Source: Limisphaerales bacterium (lineage in GTDB: Bacteria; Verrucomicrobiota; Verrucomicrobiia; Limisphaerales; UBA8199). Taken from it: a stretch of DNA of 64,000 nucleotides. A program made the translations under genes and the position numbers. The stretch lies in NCBI GenBank assembly GCA_044223735.1, contig JBGALR010000026.1, positions 21,841-85,840 on the forward strand. Reading direction: 5' to 3'. Shown piece after piece: positions 20,549-29,547 of the stretch. Every line of letters begins with the position of its first letter. Position 1 is the first letter of the stretch. The notes under the pieces were generated by a model. The model was not told the DNA's origin, ran no database searches, and saw only the letters and a program-made list of their open reading frames with translations.

Positions 20549-21979
20549 TTAAATGGCTCCCTCCGCCAGCCGCACCAGGAAATCGTCGGACCCCACCTGG
20601 CCGCCTTTGCAAATCAACTGGCTCCCGTCGATGGCGGCGCCCGGCGCATGTACCTTGCACCACGGAGCGCCGGTGGCAGCCGGCGCGAGATATTCCAGCG
20701 CCTGGATGCCCAGCGCACGACCAGCTTGAGTCGAGGTATCGCCACCGCAAATGACTGCGCGGCGCGCACCGGATTTCTCCAACGCCAGCGCCATGATTTT
20801 TCCCAGCGAATCCCCCAGGCTCGCCCGGGCGGCCGCCATTTTGGCGGCGGCGCTACGGCCCGCACCATTCCGGGCCGCGCGTTCGAAATCGTGCCGACGG
20901 GTGTCGGCGGCTCCGCGCGCCGTATGAAAAATGACATGCCGTCCCGCGCCCAATGCCAGCGAAGCCTTCGTCACCGCCGCCTGTATGCCCGCGTCGGCTC
21001 GCGCTGTTTGGGCCAGCGCATGGGTATCGCATGCGACTTCGGCAAAGCCCGCCTTCAACGCGCGCGCGATTTGCCGGTCAGTCACCGGCGAACAACTGCC
21101 GGAGATGATCACCATCTGCTTGTTTTTCGCGAGCGGCCCGGCCACAGACGAAGGCGGCCGGATCGCTCCGCAGGCGCGCCAGTACGCGGTCAGAGCCCGT
21201 CCCACACCGCTTGAACCGGCGCAGAATAATTGCTTTCCGTCGGTCTGAAGGCTCGAAATCAAACGTCCGACAAAGGGCAGATCATCCGCGTCCAGCGTAT
21301 CAAAAAGGACTACCGGCGGCAGCTTGGCGACGGCCATCGCGTTCAGGCGGCGTTCGAGCGTTTCAAGATTCTGGAGCGCAACCCGTTTCAGGGCGGTCTG
21401 ACACGCCTTGAGCGCGAGAATATCGACGAGCTCCATCGGCAGCCGTGTCTGGCGGGAAAGATGCACCCGCAAGTCGGCTTCGTTCATCGGCGTCACCGGA
21501 TGATGACTCATGGGGTGACGATCCAGGCGAAAAACGGGCGAATCACCCGAGCGCGCAAAAAGATTTCCGAAGACCACATGGCGTCCAAACGCGGGGAAAC
21601 CCACGACCAGCGGCGTCAATCGTTTGCCGAAAACCTCGCGTCCGATTTCAATCGCCCGGCCGATGGATCCGACCGTGGGCGACGAATCGAACGTCGAACA
21701 GGTCTTGTAATGAAGGATCGCCGCGCCGCTCCGTTTGAGTGCTTTGAATGCCGGCGGCAATTCACGGTTCATTTCGGCCACCGACATGACACGGGACCCT
21801 CCCACAATGCCAAAGGCGCGCAGGCCCGGAAATTGTGCGAGTTGCGCCGGGGTCGGCGGATCAAGAAATAGAACCGTTTTCAATCCCGCCTGCGCGAGGG
21901 ATTCGAGCGCGTCGGTGGAACCGGTGAAATCGTCGGCGTAGTACGCCAGCAACAAGCCCTTTGAGTTGGCGCGCTTCAT
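20549..21979 (-). CDS. Four-carbon acid-sugar kinase family protein (DUF1537; OtnK/DtnK/OiaK-like)
   Basis: The N-terminal YYADDFTGSTDALESLAQAG is typical of DUF1537. Its ATG (21977-21979) directly abuts the stop of the RuBisCO-like gene. Confidence 0.85.
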   Translation of the reverse strand: MKRANSKGLLLAYYADDFTGSTDALESLAQAGLKTVLFLDPPTPAQLAQFPGLRAFGIVGGSRVMSVAEMNRELPPAFKALKRSGAAILHYKTCSTFDSSPTVGSIGRAIEIGREVFGKRLTPLVVGFPAFGRHVVFGNLFARSGDSPVFRLDRHPMSHHPVTPMNEADLRVHLSRQTRLPMELVDILALKACQTALKRVALQNLETLERRLNAMAVAKLPPVVLFDTLDADDLPFVGRLISSLQTDGKQLFCAGSSGVGRALTAYWRACGAIRPPSSVAGPLAKNKQMVIISGSCSPVTDRQIARALKAGFAEVACDTHALAQTARADAGIQAAVTKASLALGAGRHVIFHTARGAADTRRHDFERAARNGAGRSAAAKMAAARASLGDSLGKIMALALEKSGARRAVICGGDTSTQAGRALGIQALEYLAPAATGAPWCKVHAPGAAIDGSQLICKGGQVGSDDFLVRLAEGAI

Positions 21980-23245
21980 TCAGGAATTTCCAAATTTTGC
22001 CAGCGTGGCGCGCAATTCCGGATGCTCCAATGCGTAGGTGCCGAGCGGTATGCCCGCGATCGCCGCCTCCCACGCCTGTTGCAGGCTCAGCACGCCCGCA
22101 GCCGGCCCGAGCGGATGCGCCAGGATTCCGCCGCCCGCCAGATAAAGTAAATCGGTGGTTTGCGTGGCGCGCAACGTGTCCGGCGCCTGCCCGCCCCACT
22201 GCCCGGAACTCACCACCGGCAGCGCGGTATCGTCGGCGCGGAACATCGGTGTCATGCAGGCCTTGATGCTTCGTATCACCGAATCGTCCGGCTCCCAGAA
22301 TTTATTCGCGAGGCCGTTCACATGCAGTTGATCCGCGCCCACGAGCCGCCAGAGCTTTTGCCACGCGACATAATCGATACCCAGAAACGGGTGCCGCGTG
22401 TAAAGCCCCCAGCCGTTGCGATGGCCATGAATCGGCAAATCACAACGGCGACGAAGCTCGGCAAACGCGGAAAATCCCACGCTATGAATGCTCGCCATCA
22501 CGCAGGTGCCGCCCGCGCGCATCACCAGTTCCTGGTTCCGCAACATCCGCTCGTAGTCGTCGGTGATGTTGAAGGCGAACATGACTTTTCGCCCGGTGCG
22601 ATCCGCGACTTCGTTGATGACCCGCATGACTTCCGTCACGCGATCCTTGAACGGACAATACGGCGAGTTCGCCTGCAATTCGTCGTCCTTGATGAAATCA
22701 ATCCCCGCCTCGGCGAGCGTCTTCACCAGCGCGGCCGTCTGCGCGGCGCTGAGTCCCACGCTCGGCTTGATGATCGTGCCGATCAACGGGCGCTTTTCCA
22801 CACCCGCAAGTTTTCGCGTTCCCGCGATGCCGAATTTCGGCCCGCCATAATGTTGAGCGAACCCGGCCGGGAATTGCACGTCCAGCAGCTTGATGCCGGA
22901 AAGCTGGCTTAGCTCAAAAAGATTGCCGCACAACGTCGCGAGCAACGTGGGCAGGTTGGGACCGATGTTGTCATAGGGAAATTCCACCGTCACCCTGGCG
23001 CGGCGATAGGCCGGCTTGCTCCCGGCGTTGCGCGGCGGACGGCAGCCGGGCAGCGACGGTTGCTCAACGGCGTCCAATGGCTCGATGGCAACGACCTGCG
23101 CCCGCGACCGCGCTTTCAACTCATCTGTCTCGCCCGGCACCGCCACGAACGTGCCGGAGGATTGTTCCCCGGCGATCATTTCCGCCGCAAACTCCACCGG
23201 GTGGGGCGTTTCAATCAGGTAGCTGGCAATTATGGGATCTTTCAT
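21980..23245 (-). CDS. RuBisCO large-subunit-like protein (form IV RLP)
   Basis: GTIIKPSVGL carries K-P-S where carboxylases have K-P-K. DFIKDDE retains the carbamylated-Lys/Mg site. IHGHRNGWG and LHVNG are also present. The 421-aa length fits an RLP. Confidence 0.85.
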   Translation of the reverse strand: MKDPIIASYLIETPHPVEFAAEMIAGEQSSGTFVAVPGETDELKARSRAQVVAIEPLDAVEQPSLPGCRPPRNAGSKPAYRRARVTVEFPYDNIGPNLPTLLATLCGNLFELSQLSGIKLLDVQFPAGFAQHYGGPKFGIAGTRKLAGVEKRPLIGTIIKPSVGLSAAQTAALVKTLAEAGIDFIKDDELQANSPYCPFKDRVTEVMRVINEVADRTGRKVMFAFNITDDYERMLRNQELVMRAGGTCVMASIHSVGFSAFAELRRRCDLPIHGHRNGWGLYTRHPFLGIDYVAWQKLWRLVGADQLHVNGLANKFWEPDDSVIRSIKACMTPMFRADDTALPVVSSGQWGGQAPDTLRATQTTDLLYLAGGGILAHPLGPAAGVLSLQQAWEAAIAGIPLGTYALEHPELRATLAKFGNS

Positions 23246-23550
23246 CTATCACTCGTCGCCGGACAACCCCGGAGTGGTTCGTCACCCAGGCGCTGACACC
23301 TTGCATCGGCCACAACTGTACCGACGCGCACCAAGCAGAGCCTAGCAGGAAATAACAGAAGATTAGGACGAAATTTGTACGGCGGCCGCCCTGGTTGCCG
23401 AAAGAAAAATTGTCCAAACTTTTCACGGTGATTCTGCTATGCCATCGGCAGGAGATGTTCATATCGTTGGGCCGGTGGCGACACCGGACCGGGCGGGCTG
23501 CGGCGTTTCGCGGGACCACCGGCGCTGCGGGCGCGGCATCGCATTGGGTC

Positions 23551-24405
23551 ATGAGCATTGATAAGACATCCTCGGTTTTTATGAATTTCAGCGGTTTGGT
23601 TGAATTTACCCCGGCATTCCAGCCGCGGCCTCAGATTTCCCACGTGCTGTTCGACTTCGACGGCACGCTCTCCCTGATTCGCGAAGGCTGGCCGGCCGTT
23701 ATGGTCCCCATGTTCACGGAAATGCTGCCGTCCGCGCCCGGCGAAACCGAGGAGGCCCGCGCCCAGCTTTGCCTCGACGACATCATGCGGCTCAACGGCA
23801 AGCAGACCATCTATCAAATGATCCAGCTTGCCGACCGCATTAAGCAACGCGGCGGCACACCGCAGGAACCGCTTTGGTACAAGAACGAATACCTGCGCCG
23901 CCTGGAACTGCGCATCAGCCACCGTGCCCACGCGCTGCGCAGCGGCGCGACGCAGCCGGACGAACTCCTGGTGTTTGGCGCCCGTAAATTGCTGGAATCC
24001 CTGCGCAAACGCGGCCTGCAACTCTATCTGGCCAGCGGAACCGATGAGCGTTTTGTGAAAGCCGAGGCACAGTTGCTGGGGGTCACGGAGTTTTTCGGCC
24101 GCCATATCTACGGCGCGCAGGATGACTACAAGAATTTCTCCAAGAAAATGGTCATCGAACGGCTCCTGCGCGAGAACCAGATTCCCGGCGACCGCCTGCT
24201 GTCGTTTGGTGACGGCTACGTCGAAATCCAAAACACCAAGGAGGCCGGCGGCCTCGCGGTGGCGGTGGCGAGCGACGAAGCGAACAACGGCTCGGGCCGC
24301 ATGGATCAGTGGAAGCGCGAACGCCTCCTCGGCGTGGGAGCGGACGTCGTGATCCCGGATTTTCGTGACACGGAGCCGCTCCTGGAGCGAATCTTTGCCG
24401 CATGA
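23551..24405 (+). CDS. HAD-superfamily hydrolase/phosphatase
   Basis: HAD motif I is LFDFDGTLS. LASGTDE and FGDGYVE are also present. The start is ATG 23551 (MSIDK), with upstream alternatives possible. Confidence 0.8.
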   Translation: MSIDKTSSVFMNFSGLVEFTPAFQPRPQISHVLFDFDGTLSLIREGWPAVMVPMFTEMLPSAPGETEEARAQLCLDDIMRLNGKQTIYQMIQLADRIKQRGGTPQEPLWYKNEYLRRLELRISHRAHALRSGATQPDELLVFGARKLLESLRKRGLQLYLASGTDERFVKAEAQLLGVTEFFGRHIYGAQDDYKNFSKKMVIERLLRENQIPGDRLLSFGDGYVEIQNTKEAGGLAVAVASDEANNGSGRMDQWKRERLLGVGADVVIPDFRDTEPLLERIFAA

Positions 24406-25460
24406 CCCCCGCCCGCTTCGCCGCCCTCACGGAGAAATATGCCGGCCTGCGGGTCGCGGTGGTCGGCGATTTTTGCCTTGATCGTTACCTCGAAATCGAC
24501 CCTTCGCGCGCGGAGACATCCATTGAAACGGGGCTGCCTGTTTACAACGTCACCAAGGTCCGCGCGCAACCGGGCGGCGCCGGCACCATTACGAACAACC
24601 TGGCCGCGCTCGGCATCAAAACGATTTACGCGGTCGGCTTTGCCGGCCAGGACGGCGAGGGCTTTGAATTGCGGCGGGCGCTCAGCGACACTCCCGGCAT
24701 AAAACTCGATCATTTCATCCAGACCCGCCACCGCCAGACCTTCTGCTATTGCAAGCCGCTGGTGCTCACCCCGGGCGAACCGCCCAGGGAACTCAACCGC
24801 CTCGACCAGAAAAATTGGACGCCCACCACCGCCTCCCTCGAACGCAATTTGAGCGACGCCATGCTTTCGCTTTCCGGCGAAGTGGACGCTTTCATTCTCC
24901 TAAGCCAGGTGGATGTCCCGGACACGGGAGTTTTGACGCAAAACGTCCTGAAGACTTTTAAAGCGGGACTGCCAAAAAAAGACGCGCCGCTGGTGCTGGC
25001 GGACAGCCGGCGGGGACTGCGGGGATTTCCGGCGTTCATTTTTAAAATGAATGCGCAAGAACTCCAGGCTTACAACGGCAAACCGAACGCCGCCGACATT
25101 GAGGACATCGGTTCCGCCGCCGCGCGCGTCGCACTGAAGAATGGCCATCCGGTTTTTGTCACCCTGGCCGAACGCGGCATGCTGGCGGCGTCGCCAAAAG
25201 GACGCGTGGATCATCTCGGGGCTTTTCCCATCAAAGGCCCCATCGACGTGGTCGGCGCGGGCGATGCGGTGACCGCAAATCTTACGGCTGGACTGGCGAG
25301 CGGGGCGACGTTGCGTGAGGCATTGGAACTGGCGAATGCCGCCGGCTCCGTGGTCATCCATCAGCTCGGCACCACCGGCACCGCTTCGGGCGCTCAACTT
25401 CGCGAACGAATGTTTCCGAAAACAGCTACTCCGCCTCCAGCGTCCGGTCGGGCCGCGTAA
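24402..25460 (+). CDS. PfkB-family carbohydrate kinase (ribokinase/RfaE-domain-I-like)
   Basis: Contains VVGDFCLDRY, QPGGAGTITNNLAALG and the C-terminal VVGAGDAVTANL. It overlaps the HAD gene stop as ATGA. Confidence 0.85.
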   Translation: MTPARFAALTEKYAGLRVAVVGDFCLDRYLEIDPSRAETSIETGLPVYNVTKVRAQPGGAGTITNNLAALGIKTIYAVGFAGQDGEGFELRRALSDTPGIKLDHFIQTRHRQTFCYCKPLVLTPGEPPRELNRLDQKNWTPTTASLERNLSDAMLSLSGEVDAFILLSQVDVPDTGVLTQNVLKTFKAGLPKKDAPLVLADSRRGLRGFPAFIFKMNAQELQAYNGKPNAADIEDIGSAAARVALKNGHPVFVTLAERGMLAASPKGRVDHLGAFPIKGPIDVVGAGDAVTANLTAGLASGATLREALELANAAGSVVIHQLGTTGTASGAQLRERMFPKTATPPPASGRAA

Positions 25461-26721
25461 GCAGCCACGCGCCGACCGCGAGGAGATTCAACACCGCCGC
25501 CGTGTAAAAGAACGGCGAGTAACTTCCGGTCCAGCTCAACAAATAAGGAAACGCCAGCGCGGTAATGAACGAACCGACATTACCCGCCATGTTCATCGTG
25601 CCGGAAACCGTGCCGGAGTTTTTCCGCCCGATATCGATGCACACCGACCATGAGGGCGAGATGGTCATATCCGCGCCAAACACGGCCACCGTAAAGCAGA
25701 GGATCGCCCCCAGCGCGGTCTCCATGTGAACACTGATCAGCAGGCCGACCACCGCGAGGCAAAAGCCGATGATTGCCGGAATTTTTCGCGACGCGATGGG
25801 ATGTCCCCGACGGTAGATCCAATCGATCAGCGCGCCGGCCGTCCAATTCCCGAAAGCGCCGGCCAGCGGCGGCAGCGCGGCATACAAACCCGTCTGCACC
25901 GCGGTCAGTCCGTAGCGGTCTTTCACATAAGAAAACAGCCAGGACAGCGCGAAGAAAAACGTAAAATTGGAGGCGAAGTATTGCGTCATCAGCAACCAGA
26001 CATTTTTGGAGCCGAGCAACCGCACCGCCGTCAGGCTGGGAACTTTTTGATCCTCCGCCGCCGAGCTTTCGCGGTGACGCAGGATCAACTCTTTTTCCTC
26101 CTGCGAAATTCGCGGATGCCGCTCCGGGTCATCGCGAAACCAGAGAAACCAGAACACGGCCCACGCCACTCCCACACCGCCCAGCACGCCGAAACTGAGA
26201 CGCCAGCCGAGCTTCTCCACCATCAACGCCACCACCGGCAGCGTGAACGCCGCGCCAACGCGCGCGCCGGAAAACATCACTCCCTGCACCAGCCCGCGCT
26301 CCGTCTTGGGAATCCACGAAAACACCGCCCGGGCGCACGCGGGAAACGCTCCCGCTTCACCGGCGCCAAAGAGGAAACGGTAAATCATCATGGAAAGGAA
26401 GCCCGTGGCCACGCCGGTCAGCGCGGTAAAGACCGACCACGCGGTCACGACCGTGCTGAGAATCAATCGCGGACCGTGACGATCCGCCAGCAATCCGGTC
26501 GGCACCTGAAAGAGCGCGTAACCCAGCGCGAAAATGGAGAGCACCCAGCCCATCTGAGTGCCGGTCAAACCCAGATCAGCGGAAATATGATCCTTGGAGG
26601 CCGAGATGCAGACGCGGTCCACGTATAGCAACATGGAAAGCAGAAACATCCCGAACACCAGCCAGTATCTGGTTGGAATGCGGAATCGGGAGGGCCGCGA
26701 AACGACGTTGGAGTCGATCAC
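25426..26721 (-). CDS. MFS transporter (anionic sugar / ACS-type by resemblance)
   Basis: 431 aa with about 12 hydrophobic segments and the loop motif GLLADRHGPR. Confidence 0.8.
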   Translation of the reverse strand: MIDSNVVSRPSRFRIPTRYWLVFGMFLLSMLLYVDRVCISASKDHISADLGLTGTQMGWVLSIFALGYALFQVPTGLLADRHGPRLILSTVVTAWSVFTALTGVATGFLSMMIYRFLFGAGEAGAFPACARAVFSWIPKTERGLVQGVMFSGARVGAAFTLPVVALMVEKLGWRLSFGVLGGVGVAWAVFWFLWFRDDPERHPRISQEEKELILRHRESSAAEDQKVPSLTAVRLLGSKNVWLLMTQYFASNFTFFFALSWLFSYVKDRYGLTAVQTGLYAALPPLAGAFGNWTAGALIDWIYRRGHPIASRKIPAIIGFCLAVVGLLISVHMETALGAILCFTVAVFGADMTISPSWSVCIDIGRKNSGTVSGTMNMAGNVGSFITALAFPYLLSWTGSYSPFFYTAAVLNLLAVGAWLLTRPDRTLEAE

Positions 26722-26798
26722 GAGGTCAGGATACGAAACGGATTATTGGGTGACGACCAAAAAGCGCAGGCGGACGTGTTCGCATGCGCCAACGTCGC

Positions 26799-27530
26799 TC
26801 AACAGGCGCCTGCGGGAACCAGCGCCGGACGCGCCGCCTTGCCCTGCCGCCCGTCGCGTTCAGTAGCGACGCGATCGAGCAAACGCCGGGCTTCGGCGAG
26901 GCCGGTCAGACCCACCTGCAGAACCGGCACGCGCGTCCGGTGTTGAATTTGCGCGAGGCTGATCTGGCCGAGGACGAGCACGTCCACTTCCTTCGCGAGC
27001 TTGTCCATTTCGCGATGCACCAACTCGTTGTGGCGGTCAATCTCGCCCTTTTGAAGATGTTCAAAGGCCGCTTCGCTGACGGCGGTCTTGATTTCGATGG
27101 TGGTGCCGGCGTCGCGCGCGGCGCGATTCAACTGGCGGATCGTCGCCGCCGGACTCGTCGGCACCGTGGCGATGATGCCCATGCGGCGGCCCTGGCGCAC
27201 GGCATCGCGCGCCATCGGTTCATCGATGTTGAAAACCGGGATGGACGAATAATAACGCGCCGCGGCGATGGCCTCGCCGACGGTGGTGCAGGAGCACATG
27301 GCGACATCCGCCCCCATGGATTCCGCCGCCATCACATAAAACTGGATGCGTTTGAGCACCGAACGCGTCGCGCCGTTGTTCTCCAGCGATTCCGCCAGCA
27401 GGGAATCGTCCATGATATTGAACACGCGAACGTCGGGATTCTGCTTCAGCCACGGCGTGACGAATGGGTTGATGACCGACTGATCGTACCATTTGACCGT
27501 GTGGATTAACGCAAGGGTTTTGGGCTTCAT
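26799..27530 (-). CDS. Asp/Glu/hydantoin-racemase-like family protein
   Basis: 243 aa. The pattern LIHTV...ADVAMCSCTTVG...GIIATVPTS...VLVLGQISL resembles the two-lobed racemase/arylmalonate-decarboxylase fold. The call rests on recall only. Confidence 0.5.
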   Translation of the reverse strand: MKPKTLALIHTVKWYDQSVINPFVTPWLKQNPDVRVFNIMDDSLLAESLENNGATRSVLKRIQFYVMAAESMGADVAMCSCTTVGEAIAAARYYSSIPVFNIDEPMARDAVRQGRRMGIIATVPTSPAATIRQLNRAARDAGTTIEIKTAVSEAAFEHLQKGEIDRHNELVHREMDKLAKEVDVLVLGQISLAQIQHRTRVPVLQVGLTGLAEARRLLDRVATERDGRQGKAARPALVPAGAC

Positions 27531-27536
27531 ATAAAT

Positions 27537-28379
27537 TTACTTGGGGAGCGAAACTTCACGCGCTACTAACAATGGCTTAAGTCCGATGATTTCGCGAGCA
27601 CGATCAGCGCGGGCGACCTTGCGGCCGGCCTTCTCGGCCTCGCGCACGGCATCTTCGACGAGCTCGATATTATTCCGGGCCCGCTTGCCGTTGCTCATAA
27701 ATGGGCTATCTTCATAACCGACGCGCACATGGCCGCCCAGATCCATCACGCGACGCAAGTCGGCCGCCCCCTTTTGATGGTGGCGCACGCAGAACCAGAC
27801 GGCCTTCGCCGGCAGATGATCCACAAATAGATCCAGATAACGGTCCGTGTAGGGCAGCGCCGCCGGCACATCGAAAACAAATTCAAACACATACGGCGGC
27901 GAAAGTTCGCCGTCATCGATCAACCGCTGATAATTGATCATGTGCGAGAGATCGAAGATCGGCATCGTCGGCACAATCCGATTATCCCGCAGCTTGCGGG
28001 TATAGAAAATGATGTCCTCGTAACGATTCTGATAAACCCCATCAAACATGTTGATCGAGCCGAGATTGAGCGAGCCGAGTTCAACTTCCGGCACCGTGAA
28101 GGTGGCACAGCGCTGGTCGAGGGTGTGTTCCGGCGCGCCGCCGGTGGAACCCTCTATAATAATGGAGCTGCTTTCGCGCACCTGCCGCATTTGTTGCGCG
28201 AACAAAGTCGGATCCACGCTTTGCAAATGGTTTTCGTCACGGGCATGCAGATGGGCAATGGCCGCACCGGCGGCATCGCAGCCAAGAATGTCCTCCACCA
28301 CATTTAAAGTCCCCGGAAATTTCTCCTCCTGCTTCTCGCCGGGCACCGGCGCCACAGCGATCATGATATCACTATTCAT
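27537..28379 (-). CDS. Beta-keto acid cleavage enzyme family protein (BKACE / DUF849, 3-keto-5-aminohexanoate cleavage enzyme-like)
   Basis: 280 aa with IMIAVAPVPG, AIAHLHARDE and IIIEGSTGG, typical of DUF849 TIM-barrel enzymes. Confidence 0.75.
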   Translation of the reverse strand: MNSDIMIAVAPVPGEKQEEKFPGTLNVVEDILGCDAAGAAIAHLHARDENHLQSVDPTLFAQQMRQVRESSSIIIEGSTGGAPEHTLDQRCATFTVPEVELGSLNLGSINMFDGVYQNRYEDIIFYTRKLRDNRIVPTMPIFDLSHMINYQRLIDDGELSPPYVFEFVFDVPAALPYTDRYLDLFVDHLPAKAVWFCVRHHQKGAADLRRVMDLGGHVRVGYEDSPFMSNGKRARNNIELVEDAVREAEKAGRKVARADRAREIIGLKPLLVAREVSLPK

Positions 28380-28561
28380 TAGAAAAAAAACTAACTCACG
28401 TCCTTAAATGCGACTAGCAGAAATCCATGAAAAACTTGGACGATATTCCAAAACCTTCCGCGCAAGTCGCGGAAATATCGAGGGTTAGCAAAAAGAGTTT
28501 TATACAAGTTTTTAATTAGTTTGTGCTATGCGACTTTTTGAAAGTCAACTACGGTGAAAGC

Positions 28562-29479
<918 letters not shown>

Positions 29480-29547
29480 TTGATAGTGTTTTTACGGGCA
29501 GCGTTCCAATTCCTACCTGACCTAAAACCAACCACGGAAAGTACTAA

